64,000 bases of DNA from Hyphomicrobiales bacterium (GTDB taxonomy: Bacteria > Pseudomonadota > Alphaproteobacteria > Rhizobiales > JAJFHB01). The stretch spans positions 52,198-116,197 of the forward strand of contig JAJFHE010000036.1 in the NCBI GenBank assembly GCA_021775755.1, given 5' to 3'. Positions 8,240 to 17,815 of this stretch are shown one piece after another. Each line of letters begins with the position of its first letter. Position 1 is the stretch's first letter. A program made the translations under genes and the position numbers. Under the pieces are notes generated by a model. That model saw only the letters and a program-made list of their open reading frames with translations, made no database searches and was not told the origin of the DNA.

Positions 8240-11200
8240 ATGGCTCTTCGCCTGGCTTCCGCCGCCCTTATCGCCCTCGCAATATCCTTCCTTTCCGCAG
8301 CAGCCCCCGCCGTCCTCGCGACCGCGCAGGCCGGGGAGAGGCGCGTCATCACGCTGGAGGATGCGGACTATTTCGGCTTCGACTACAAGACGCTGAAAAA
8401 CAGATCCCTGGAGCAATGCCGGGCGGCCTGCCTTGACGATCAGAACTGCCTCGCGTTCACCTATAACGTGTCGGCCCGCTGGTGCTTTCTGAAGAACGAT
8501 TTCGCCGACCTGCGCGCGACGCCAGGGGCGGTCGCGGGGCGCGTAACGTCGTACGATGTTGCCGCCGAAGAGGCACCGGCCCTGGAATTCATTTCTCGCG
8601 GACTGGTGCGCGACGCGGAAGACTATGCGCAGGCCGTCGCGCGCGAGCCGGCCGATCCGAGCCAGGGCAGCGTGGCACTCGGCGAAGCCGCGGTCATTAC
8701 GCTCAGCCAGGAAATGTACAAGGAGGCGGCTGCACTTTACCGCCTCGCCCTGCGCGCCTCGCAGGACAATTTCGACCTGTGGTCAGGACTGGCCGCAGCC
8801 TCTTTGAGGGTCGATGGCGACAGCTATGCGGAAAATGCCGCCCTGGTGCGCGAAGCAACCTCGGCGTCCATCCTCGCCTATCGCACCGCGCCGTCGGCGG
8901 ACCGACGCGCCGATGCGCTGGCGCTGCTGGCAAACGCGCTTATCAGGCGCAACATGTACCGGCCCGCCCTTGAGGCCTACAAGGAGAGCCTGCTGCTGGC
9001 GGATTCAGCCGAAGTGCGCGCCGCCTACGACGAACTGCACGAACAGCACGGCTTCAGGATCATCGACCACACGGTCGATTCAGAAAGCGCCAGTCCGAGA
9101 GCCTGCGTCCGGTTTTCAGAAGAACTCAACGCAAGCCGGGGCGGTTTTGACGATTATGTACGCGTCAACCAGAAAAGCGCCGCGTCGGTCAGCGTGGACG
9201 GCTCGCAACTGTGCATTGACGGCCTGGAACACGGTGAGACCTATCAGGTCGGGCTTCGCGCCGGCATCCCGTCCTCCATCGGCGAGGTGCTGGAAAGCCC
9301 GGTTTCACTGACGCTTTATGTGCGCGACCGCTCGCCGGCGGTGCGGTTTACCGGCCGCAACTTCGTGCTGCCGCGCGTCGGCGCCCACGGCATTCCCGTC
9401 ATTGCCGTGAATACGAAACTCATAGACATCGAGCTTTACCGGATTGCCGAGCGCGCCCTGTCGGAAACCCTGACGCGCGATGAGCTGTTCAGCCAACTCA
9501 ACCGCTATTCCGCCAATGACATCGCCGAGAACCGGGGCTCTTTGATCTGGTCGGGCACGCTCGATGCCGATGGCGATCTCAACCGCGAAACGACCATTTC
9601 CATGCCGGTCGGAGAGGCGCTTCCCGAGCGCACACCGGGCATCTACGTGATGATCGCAAGGCCGCGCGAGGGTGCCAACGAGAGCTGGCGAGCGCAGGCG
9701 ACGCAGTGGTTCGTCGTTTCCGATATCGGTCTGTCGACGCTTATGGGCACGGACGGCCTGCATGTGTTCGCGCGCTCGCTGTCCACCGCCCAGCCGATGC
9801 CCAATGTCGAGGTCACACTGGTGGCGCGCAACAACACCGTGCTTGGCACGGCAGGCACGGACGCACGCGGACAGGTGCGGTTTTCCGCCGGCCTGACGCG
9901 TGGCACGGGCGGTGGTGCGCCGGCATTCGTGTCGGCGGCGCGCGGCGGTAGCGATTTTGCGTTCATCGACCTTGGCAAGCCGGGCTTCGATCTCACCGAC
10001 CGCGGTGTGGAAGGCCGACCGGCACCTGGACCCCTGGACGTTTTTATTTACACGGAGCGCGGTGTTTACCGGCCGGGCGCCACAGTGCATGTGGCCGCTC
10101 TGATGCGCGACGCAGAAGCCGAAGCGGTTGCCGGCACGCCGCTCACATTCATCTACACGCGCCCCGACGGGGTTGAGCACATTCGCTCAGTGGTCCGGGA
10201 CGCCGGCGCCGGCGGCTATGCGCACGATCTCGACCTGCTCGACAGCGCGATGCGCGGTGCATGGCGGGTCGCTGCCCATGTCGACCCCAAGGCAACACCG
10301 CTTGCGGAGTTGAGCTTCCTTGTCGAGGACTTCATTCCCGACCGCATCGAGTTCGATCTTGAGACGGACGCAGTGTCCTTCGATGCTTCCGCCGCGACCC
10401 GGTTCGAGGTTGCCGGACGTTATCTCTATGGCGCCGACGCGGCCGGGCTTCGCCTTGAAGGCGAGCTTGCCGTGCGCCCCGTCACCGCGCTCGCGGGCTT
10501 TGAGGGATATGCATTCGGACTGGCCGACGAACAGGTCCTGCCGAACCGGCTGCCGCTCGATGGGCTGCCGGCGACAGACGAGACAGGCAGGGCGGAGTTT
10601 GACGTTGAGCTCGGCATCCTGCCCGCGACCACGCGTCCGGTCGAGGCCGAACTTACGTTGCGCATGCGCGAAGGCAGCGGCCGGGCGGTCGAACGTTCGC
10701 AGACGCTTGGCGTCGCGCTTCAGCGCTCGCTAATCGGTATCAAGCCGATGTTTGCCGGTGGCACGGTTGGCGAAGGCGAGACGGCGGAGTTCGATATCAT
10801 CGCCGCCAACCCGCAGGGCCGTACAGAATTTTTCGACGGCGCGACCTGGGAACTGCTGCGCATCGAACGCGATTTCCAGTGGTACGAAGTGGACGGCAGA
10901 TGGAACTACGAGGCGGTGAGTTATTCAACGCGGGTCGCGGATGGACGCGTCGACATTGAACCGGATGCGCCTGTGCGGATCGCCGCACCAGTCGAATGGG
11001 GCCGCTACCGCCTGGAAGTGACCAGCGCCGATCAGGGCGGTCCGGTATCGAGCTTTGAGTTCTCCGCCGGCTGGTATGTCGATGTGTCGTCCGCCGATAC
11101 GCCCGACGTACTGGAGCTGACACTCGACAAGTCTTCCTATCTGCCGGGCGATACCGCCCGCATCACGATCTCGCCGCGGTTCTCCGGATCGGCGGTTGTC

Positions 11201-13717
11201 ATGGTGATGAACGAACGTCTTATCGAGACCGTCGATGTCGATGTCGATTTTAGTGGCACGACTGTTGAACTGCCGGTCGGCGAAGACTGGGGCGCGGGGG
11301 CTTACGTCGCCGCCATCGCGTTTCGCCCAACGGGCACCGCCGCATCGCGCATGCCAGGCCGCGCCATCGGCCTTGCATGGCTTGGCGTTGACGTGGATGA
11401 GCGAACCATCGGCATCGCGATGGACACGCCCGACACCATGCGGCCGGGCGATACGCTTGCCATTCCAGTGACCCTTTCCGGTATCGAACCGGGCGGACGG
11501 GCGTTTGTCACGGTTGCTGCTGTCGATGTCGGCATCTTGAACCTCACCCGCTACCAGCCGCCGGCACCGGATGAGTGGTACTACGGCCAGCGGCGCCTAG
11601 GGCTTGAAGTACGCGATCTTTACGGCCGGCTGATTGACGCCATGCTCGGTGCACCGGGGCGTATCCGCTCGGGCGGCGACCTGCCCTTCCTGCAAACGCT
11701 GGCGGCACCGCCGGCTCAGGAACCGGTGGCACTCTATTCCGGCATCGTGGAAACGGACGCGGGCGGCAATGCGCTAGTCGAGTTCGACGTGCCGGACTTT
11801 GCCGGGACATTGCGGGTTATGGCCGTTGCGTGGACCGCCTCCGCGGTCGGCCACGCGGCATCCGATGTGATCGTGCGCGATCCCATTGTCGTCACGGTCA
11901 GCCCGCCAAGGTTCCTGGCTCCGGGCGATGTCGCGCAGGTTCGCTATGAACTGCACAATCTCGAAGGACCGGCCGGTGAGTATGAGCTCAGCCTTTCTTC
12001 TTCAGACGAACTGGAACTGGAAGGCGCCGAGGCGACCCTGACACTCGCCAGCGGCGAGCGGCATGTCGGCACCGTTACGGTGTCCGGCCTCGAGCCGGGT
12101 ATTGGCCAGATCACGGTGCGGCTTAGCGACAGCAATGCGATCAACATCTCGCGCAGTTATGCACTTGCCGTGCGTCCGGCACAGCCGGTAACGAGCGAGC
12201 GGCAGGTGGTGTCACTCGAACCCGGCGCCTCGCTGACCCTTGACGCAAATCGCCTCGCCGGTCTCGTCGAAGGTAGCGGTTCGCTATCGGTATCTGCGAG
12301 CCGGGCCGGTGCGCTCGATATCCCCTCTCTTCTGCATGCGCTTGACCGCTATCCCTACGGTTGCGCGGAACAGATCACAAGCCGCGCGCTGCCGCTGCTC
12401 TACCTCGCCGACGTGGCGAGCCAGAGCGGGCTTGGCCGTGAGGAGGACTTGAAAGAACGCGTCCAAAAGGCTGTGCTCGACACGCTGTCGCATCAGTCAT
12501 CTTCGGGCGGGTTCGGCCTGTGGGGCCCGGGCTCGGGAGATCTGTGGCTCAACGCCTACGTGACCGACTTTCTGACGCGGGCACGCGAGCTTGGGTATGC
12601 CGTGCCCGAGCGAGGCCTGACGCAGGCACTCAACAACCTGCAAAACGTGCTCGGCTATGCGCCGGACGTTGACGGCGCCGGCGAGGACGTTGCCTATGCG
12701 CTCTATGTCCTTTCACGCAACCGGCGCGCCTCGCTTGGCGACCTCAGATATTATGTCGACACCAAGCTCGATGCGTTCGGCTCGGCCATGGCGAAAGCGC
12801 ATATCGGGGCGGCGCTGGCGCTTTATGGCGAGCAGTCACGTTCCCGCGATGCGTTTGATGCCGCGCTTGACGACCTGCGCGCAGACCGCGGCGACAGCCG
12901 GCACGCGCGCCACTACGGCTCGCTTCTGCGCGACAGCGCGGCAACGCTGGCGCTGGCAGCGGAGTCCCGTCCGGCCGCGGCACCGCTTGATACGCTCGGT
13001 GAGATCGTTGAAGACCTGAGGGCCCGTGCGACCAACACGAGCACGCAGGAGAACGCCTGGCTGCTGCTCGCGGCGCGCGCGCTTCTGGACGACACGCAGG
13101 CTCTGCGTTTCACACTTAACGGCGTCGCGCATGCGGGAAACGTCATGGATCGATATCTTGACGAGGACCTGTCCGCTCAGCCGGTGACGCTACAGAACGA
13201 CAATGACGAAACCATCGATGTAGTGCTGACGGCAACGGGTGTGCCGCACGATGCACTGCCGGCAGGCGGTGACGGATTCTCTATATCGCGCACCTATTAC
13301 ACGCTCGACGGGACGGAGGTCTCGATCGAGGAAGTGGGACAAAACGAACGCTTCGTCGTTGTCCTCAAAGTGCGCGAAGAGACCAAGTGGCTCTCACGCC
13401 TACTCGTCGCCGACCTCATTCCGGCAGGCTTCCAGATCGACAATCCGCAACTTGTGCAAAGTGCCGATCTTGCAAGCTTCTCGTGGCTCAGCGAGCCACC
13501 CGCAACGGCGCATCTGGAATTCCGCGACGACCGCTTCGTGGCAGCACTTGAACGCTCACCCCACGATGAGCGCGAGTTTACGCTTGCCTACATGCTGCGC
13601 GCGGTGACGCCCGGGCGCTATACGGTGCCGCCGGCGCTCGTCGAGGACATGTACCGGCCTTACTTCAACGCCCGCACCACCATGGGCACAAGCGAAGTAA
13701 TCGGCCCGCGGCCATGA
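8240..13717 (+). CDS. Bacterial alpha-2-macroglobulin with N-terminal PAN/apple domain
   Basis: 1825 aa; thioester motif YPYGCAEQ; FIYTERGVYRPG and VEDMYRP motifs; Cys-rich PAN segment (CRAACLDDQNCLAFTYN..WCFLK); stop overlaps the pbpC start (ATGA). Confidence 0.95.
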   Translation: MALRLASAALIALAISFLSAAAPAVLATAQAGERRVITLEDADYFGFDYKTLKNRSLEQCRAACLDDQNCLAFTYNVSARWCFLKNDFADLRATPGAVAGRVTSYDVAAEEAPALEFISRGLVRDAEDYAQAVAREPADPSQGSVALGEAAVITLSQEMYKEAAALYRLALRASQDNFDLWSGLAAASLRVDGDSYAENAALVREATSASILAYRTAPSADRRADALALLANALIRRNMYRPALEAYKESLLLADSAEVRAAYDELHEQHGFRIIDHTVDSESASPRACVRFSEELNASRGGFDDYVRVNQKSAASVSVDGSQLCIDGLEHGETYQVGLRAGIPSSIGEVLESPVSLTLYVRDRSPAVRFTGRNFVLPRVGAHGIPVIAVNTKLIDIELYRIAERALSETLTRDELFSQLNRYSANDIAENRGSLIWSGTLDADGDLNRETTISMPVGEALPERTPGIYVMIARPREGANESWRAQATQWFVVSDIGLSTLMGTDGLHVFARSLSTAQPMPNVEVTLVARNNTVLGTAGTDARGQVRFSAGLTRGTGGGAPAFVSAARGGSDFAFIDLGKPGFDLTDRGVEGRPAPGPLDVFIYTERGVYRPGATVHVAALMRDAEAEAVAGTPLTFIYTRPDGVEHIRSVVRDAGAGGYAHDLDLLDSAMRGAWRVAAHVDPKATPLAELSFLVEDFIPDRIEFDLETDAVSFDASAATRFEVAGRYLYGADAAGLRLEGELAVRPVTALAGFEGYAFGLADEQVLPNRLPLDGLPATDETGRAEFDVELGILPATTRPVEAELTLRMREGSGRAVERSQTLGVALQRSLIGIKPMFAGGTVGEGETAEFDIIAANPQGRTEFFDGATWELLRIERDFQWYEVDGRWNYEAVSYSTRVADGRVDIEPDAPVRIAAPVEWGRYRLEVTSADQGGPVSSFEFSAGWYVDVSSADTPDVLELTLDKSSYLPGDTARITISPRFSGSAVVMVMNERLIETVDVDVDFSGTTVELPVGEDWGAGAYVAAIAFRPTGTAASRMPGRAIGLAWLGVDVDERTIGIAMDTPDTMRPGDTLAIPVTLSGIEPGGRAFVTVAAVDVGILNLTRYQPPAPDEWYYGQRRLGLEVRDLYGRLIDAMLGAPGRIRSGGDLPFLQTLAAPPAQEPVALYSGIVETDAGGNALVEFDVPDFAGTLRVMAVAWTASAVGHAASDVIVRDPIVVTVSPPRFLAPGDVAQVRYELHNLEGPAGEYELSLSSSDELELEGAEATLTLASGERHVGTVTVSGLEPGIGQITVRLSDSNAINISRSYALAVRPAQPVTSERQVVSLEPGASLTLDANRLAGLVEGSGSLSVSASRAGALDIPSLLHALDRYPYGCAEQITSRALPLLYLADVASQSGLGREEDLKERVQKAVLDTLSHQSSSGGFGLWGPGSGDLWLNAYVTDFLTRARELGYAVPERGLTQALNNLQNVLGYAPDVDGAGEDVAYALYVLSRNRRASLGDLRYYVDTKLDAFGSAMAKAHIGAALALYGEQSRSRDAFDAALDDLRADRGDSRHARHYGSLLRDSAATLALAAESRPAAAPLDTLGEIVEDLRARATNTSTQENAWLLLAARALLDDTQALRFTLNGVAHAGNVMDRYLDEDLSAQPVTLQNDNDETIDVVLTATGVPHDALPAGGDGFSISRTYYTLDGTEVSIEEVGQNERFVVVLKVREETKWLSRLLVADLIPAGFQIDNPQLVQSADLASFSWLSEPPATAHLEFRDDRFVAALERSPHDEREFTLAYMLRAVTPGRYTVPPALVEDMYRPYFNARTTMGTSEVIGPRP

Positions 13718-15855
13718 GGCTGGCGGCGACAGCCCGCCGGGCCTCGGTGTGGGCAAGGACGGCCTCGCGGCGACACTGGCGCGGCCTTGCGCTCGGCGCC
13801 GCGGCTAATGTCATTGCCGCGGCGCTGACACTTGCCGTGCTCGATGAAATCGCGCCGCCGCCGCTTGACCGGCTGCAAGAGGTCTCCGTCACGGTCAACG
13901 ACCGAAACGGCGAGCTGTTACGCGCGTTCTCGATTGCGGACGGGCGCTGGCGGCTGCCGGTGACCCCCGGCGATGTCGATCCGGTCTACCTCGCCATGCT
14001 TCTGGCCTATGAAGACAAGCGGTTCGAGGATCATGCCGGCGTCGATCCTTTGGCACTGCTGCGCGCAGTGTGGCAGTTCGCGAGCAACGGGCGCATCGTT
14101 TCCGGCGCCTCGACGATCACCATGCAGGTCGCCCGGCTGCTTGAACCGCGCGAAGCACGCAGTCTGAGCGCGAAAGTCCGGCAGATGCTGCGAGCGCTGC
14201 AGATCGAGCGCCGGCTCGGCAAGCCCGAGATCCTCCAGGCCTATTTGACACTGGCGCCCTATGGCGGCAACATCGAGGGCGTGCGCGCCGCGGCACTCAC
14301 CTATTTCGGCAAGGAACCGGGCGCGCTGACGATCGGCGAGGCAGCACTGCTTGTCGCCCTGCCGCAGCTGCCGGAAGCCAGACGGCCGGATCGCAACCCC
14401 GATGCCGCAAAGTCGGCGCGCGACCGGGTGCTTCGGCGCATGGCGGATCTCGGTGTCATCTCCAATTTGGACGCAGATCGGGAAATGCAAAGGCCGGTGC
14501 CGAACCGCCGCCGTCCCTTACCGGCATTTGCCGCTCATGAGGCCGAACGCGCGGTGCGCTCAGCCCGCGCCGCGCCGCGCCACACTCTTTCGATTGACCG
14601 CACCTACCAGAGCGCGCTGGAAACCATGGTTCGCGAACGCCTGCATACCCTCGGCAGCCGCACTGCTGTCGCCATCCTGCTTGCAGATCACAAAACCGGG
14701 GAAGTTCTCGCACGCGTTGGCTCGGCCGATTATTTCGATGCACGGCGCTCCGGCGCCATCGACATGACCCGGGCGGTGCGCTCGCCGGGCTCCACATTGA
14801 AGCCTTTCATTTACGGCCTCGCCCTGGAGGCCGGTCTGGTGCATCCCGAAACCCTGATCGATGACCGGCCGACGAACTTCCACGGTTATCGGCCGGGCAA
14901 TTTCGATATGAGCTACCAGGGCACGGTGAGCGTTCGCGAGGCGTTGCAGCTTTCATTGAACGTACCCGCCGTAAGGTTGCTTGAAGCGGTCGGACCGATG
15001 CGTTTGATGGCGGCTTTCCGCGGTGCGGGTGTGACACCGCAGCTGCCGAATGACGAACCTGCGGGCCTCGCCATCGGACTGGGTGGGGTGGGTCTGACGC
15101 TTGAGGATCTCGTCACGCTTTACACCGGTCTGCCGCGCGAGGGCCGCACGGTTGCCCTGCGCGGCACGGCGGCTGACCGGCAGGAGATTTTCGCTGCTCC
15201 GCGCGCAACTGCAATGTTCGCGGCACCCGCGAGCTGGCATGTCGGGGATATGCTTTCAGGCACGCCGCCGCCCGATGCCGCCCTGCCGATCGGCATCGCC
15301 TACAAGACCGGAACCTCCTACGGTTACCGCGACGCCTGGGCGATCGGTTTTGACGGACACCTTGTGATGGGGGTCTGGGTCGGCCGCGCCGATGCCGCGC
15401 CGATCGCCGGCCTCACCGGACGCACGGCCGCGGCCCCTATCCTGTTTGAAGGGTTTTCGCGTTTGCCCGGCGAGCGCACGCCGCTTCCACCGCCACCTCC
15501 CGATACGCTGCACGCAACCACCGCCGACCTACCCGGCTTGCTGCAGCGCTTCGAAGCGCCGTTCAGCACGGCCGCAGCAAATGGCTCCGCGAATAGTGCG
15601 CCGCTTGCAATCATCCACCCGCCCGAGGGCGCACGCGTTGCACTTGCCGGGTCGGCGCGCACAACGCTCCGACCGCTCATTTTGAAGGCAGATGGGGGAA
15701 CGGCGCCTTACAGATGGTTCGCCAACGGCGCACCGCTTGAGACGCCGACGCGGCGGCCGAGCACAACATGGACGCCGGACACCGCCGGTTATTCCACATT
15801 CACGGTAGTAGACGCAGAAGGCCGAACGGACCGGGTCAGCATTTACATCGAGTAA
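13714..15855 (+). CDS. pbpC: Penicillin-binding protein 1C
   Basis: Transglycosylase motifs YEDKRF and GASTITMQVARL; transpeptidase SxxK (STLK), SxN (SLN) and KTG; canonical position after alpha-2-macroglobulin. Confidence 0.93.
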   Translation: MRLAATARRASVWARTASRRHWRGLALGAAANVIAAALTLAVLDEIAPPPLDRLQEVSVTVNDRNGELLRAFSIADGRWRLPVTPGDVDPVYLAMLLAYEDKRFEDHAGVDPLALLRAVWQFASNGRIVSGASTITMQVARLLEPREARSLSAKVRQMLRALQIERRLGKPEILQAYLTLAPYGGNIEGVRAAALTYFGKEPGALTIGEAALLVALPQLPEARRPDRNPDAAKSARDRVLRRMADLGVISNLDADREMQRPVPNRRRPLPAFAAHEAERAVRSARAAPRHTLSIDRTYQSALETMVRERLHTLGSRTAVAILLADHKTGEVLARVGSADYFDARRSGAIDMTRAVRSPGSTLKPFIYGLALEAGLVHPETLIDDRPTNFHGYRPGNFDMSYQGTVSVREALQLSLNVPAVRLLEAVGPMRLMAAFRGAGVTPQLPNDEPAGLAIGLGGVGLTLEDLVTLYTGLPREGRTVALRGTAADRQEIFAAPRATAMFAAPASWHVGDMLSGTPPPDAALPIGIAYKTGTSYGYRDAWAIGFDGHLVMGVWVGRADAAPIAGLTGRTAAAPILFEGFSRLPGERTPLPPPPPDTLHATTADLPGLLQRFEAPFSTAAANGSANSAPLAIIHPPEGARVALAGSARTTLRPLILKADGGTAPYRWFANGAPLETPTRRPSTTWTPDTAGYSTFTVVDAEGRTDRVSIYIE

Positions 15856-15864
15856 TTGCCAGTC

Positions 15865-16668
15865 TTACTCCGCCGCATCTGCCTTTCGGTCGGCAAGCAG
15901 CTGCTCCAGGCAGTCGTCGTCGAGCGGTTCAATGGCTGCGAAATCGCGATGCGCGATCCATTCGGCCCGTTTGAACTGGCGGATGTGATTGTCGACATGA
16001 CACAGCGACAGATAGACGATGGTGCGGTCCAGCGGCGAGATGTTCGCCGGACTTGCGTGCACGAGCAGGGACGAGAACATCAGCATTGAGCCGGCCGGCC
16101 CGGTGGGGGCCACACAGCCACCGCGGTCCGCCAGCTCTTTTACGACTTCACGGTCAAGCGTCCACAGCGGATAGCTCGTCGTTTCCAGATCGTGGCCGGC
16201 CTCGATCACGCCAAGTTTGTGGCTTTGCGGAATAAACAGCAGTGGGCCGTTCGCGGCCGTGACATCGTCGAGGAATACGGCAATGTTCATCGCACGCGGC
16301 TCGGGCATCTTGTCGTCGCGCGCCCAGGTGCCGTAGTCCTGGTGCCATTGCCAGACATCGCCATCGAAGGCCGCCTTGGCGTTGACCTTGTACTGATGCA
16401 TGTATACGGGGCCGCCCAGCGCCTGCATGACGGGGTCGATGAGACGCGGGTGCGCGCCGAGCCGGCGGAAAGCTTCATTGTAGGTGTGAGCCGCAAAGGC
16501 GGTGCGTGCCACGCCGCTACTTTCGCGCCACACCTCTTCACGGTCCATGGCGTACACGGCGCGGGCTTCATCACGCAGCAGGCCCGCTTCCTCGCGCGAA
16601 AACAGGTCTGGAAAAAACAGGTACCCTTCACGCTCGAAGGTTGCGAGATCGCTTTCACTTAGCTCCAT
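15865..16668 (-). CDS. Fe(II)/2-oxoglutarate dioxygenase, PhyH/EctD-like (proline/ectoine hydroxylase-like)
   Basis: HxD in WQWHQDYGTW, distal His in LVHASPAN, GPLLFIPQSHK; GGGAG SD before ATG 16668. Confidence 0.88.
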   Translation of the reverse strand: MELSESDLATFEREGYLFFPDLFSREEAGLLRDEARAVYAMDREEVWRESSGVARTAFAAHTYNEAFRRLGAHPRLIDPVMQALGGPVYMHQYKVNAKAAFDGDVWQWHQDYGTWARDDKMPEPRAMNIAVFLDDVTAANGPLLFIPQSHKLGVIEAGHDLETTSYPLWTLDREVVKELADRGGCVAPTGPAGSMLMFSSLLVHASPANISPLDRTIVYLSLCHVDNHIRQFKRAEWIAHRDFAAIEPLDDDCLEQLLADRKADAAE

Positions 16669-16872
16669 AACTCCCACTCCCTCATCATCTGCACGGCGGG
16701 TCGACAGTCTACCGCGACAAGGCGGCTGCGGGAAGATGCTGCGAATATACGGCGTAATCCGCTTAACTCACAATTGGTTGACTCATTGAGTTTTCCGCTC
16801 GCAATGACCTCCCCCGGTATCTTAGTTTGACAACCAGATACTGGATTTAACCGCGGCGGAGTTAACTGAAGC

Positions 16873-17547
16873 ATGCGGCCGTTGGCGAACCTGCTGCAAA
16901 TCTTTTCGCGTATTGTGCGAAAAGGGGCACTAAGTCAGGGAGCTCTGGGTGCGGAAATCGGTAAGTTCAGCATGTTGCTGGATGGCGTCGATCCAACCGC
17001 GATCCTTCCCCGAAAGCCCTCCACGATCGAGTTCGAGGCTTTGCTCGAGCCATACATTTCCGTTGCAGTGAAAAGCGGCATGGGGGAGATGGCACAGGCG
17101 GTCAAAGATGCAGCGCCCGAGCTGAACTGGTCGCGTGGTTTCGCGCCGGCGCGGTGGGACAAGGAGTTTCTTCCGCATTTTGCAAATGCCGAGATGGCCG
17201 GGCCCAGCGGACCAATCGAAAAAGACGACCTGACGATTGACTTTTCGTTCATCGCACCGGATCAGCTATTGCCTCCACATGTTCATTCCGCCGTCGAACT
17301 CAGCCTGGTTGTGGCTGGCTGGCCCACCGTGCGGATAGGCGACGGCGAAGCCAGGACGCATGCTCCAGGCTCTTTTGTTTGTCAACCGAGCAAAGTTTCG
17401 CAGACGGTGTGGAGCGGCCCGGACGGGGTATTTGCGGCCACCATGTGGCGCGGAGATTTCAGCATGCCGGCGCAACGCGTCTATCCGGCGGTGGAAACGT
17501 ACGCCGGCGAACTCCCACCCGGCGGAACCTCAACCGGCAGCAGCTGA
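16873..17547 (+). CDS. Cupin of the DMSP-lyase (DddQ/DddL-like) family, divergent
   Basis: EMAGPSGP, PPHVHSAVELSLVVAG (cupin motif 1), PGSFV..PS (motif 2) and the terminal MWRGD typical of this family. Confidence 0.6.
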   Translation: MRPLANLLQIFSRIVRKGALSQGALGAEIGKFSMLLDGVDPTAILPRKPSTIEFEALLEPYISVAVKSGMGEMAQAVKDAAPELNWSRGFAPARWDKEFLPHFANAEMAGPSGPIEKDDLTIDFSFIAPDQLLPPHVHSAVELSLVVAGWPTVRIGDGEARTHAPGSFVCQPSKVSQTVWSGPDGVFAATMWRGDFSMPAQRVYPAVETYAGELPPGGTSTGSS

Positions 17548-17553
17548 CATGTC

Positions 17554-17815
17554 ATACCAAGGGCGGCAATTATTGACCCGTTTCACCGGGATGATTTTGC
17601 CCTCCGGCAAGGCGCGTACTGCGCCGCGGCACAGGTACCGTAAGCAGTACGCAACGCTGCGGGAGGGCAAAAGCACCCGGCCTGCGGTGGGCCATTCCGG
17701 CCCGCCGACCGCGTTGCGGGCCTTGTCTGATACACCGCATCGCACTGCGGCCCGCGCCTCGTCGAGCGAGCCGGAATGGCCCATGAAATGGGTCAATAAT
17801 TGCCGCCCTTGGTAT
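17554..17815. repeat. MITE/BIME-like structured element, copy 1 (32-bp terminal inverted repeats)
   Basis: ATACCAAGGGCGGCAATTATTGACCCGTTTCA (17554-17585) matches the reverse complement of 17784-17815 with 1 mismatch; TA at both ends; 108-nt core shared with the element at 31063. Confidence 0.8.

Noticed and set aside
15865-16668. Gene symbol ectD
   Set aside because: The EctD signature is not matched and no ectABC genes are nearby.
16780-16845. Weak palindromes between the dioxygenase and cupin genes (possible GntR/FadR box TAGTTTGACAA)
   Set aside because: Low information content and no cognate regulator nearby.
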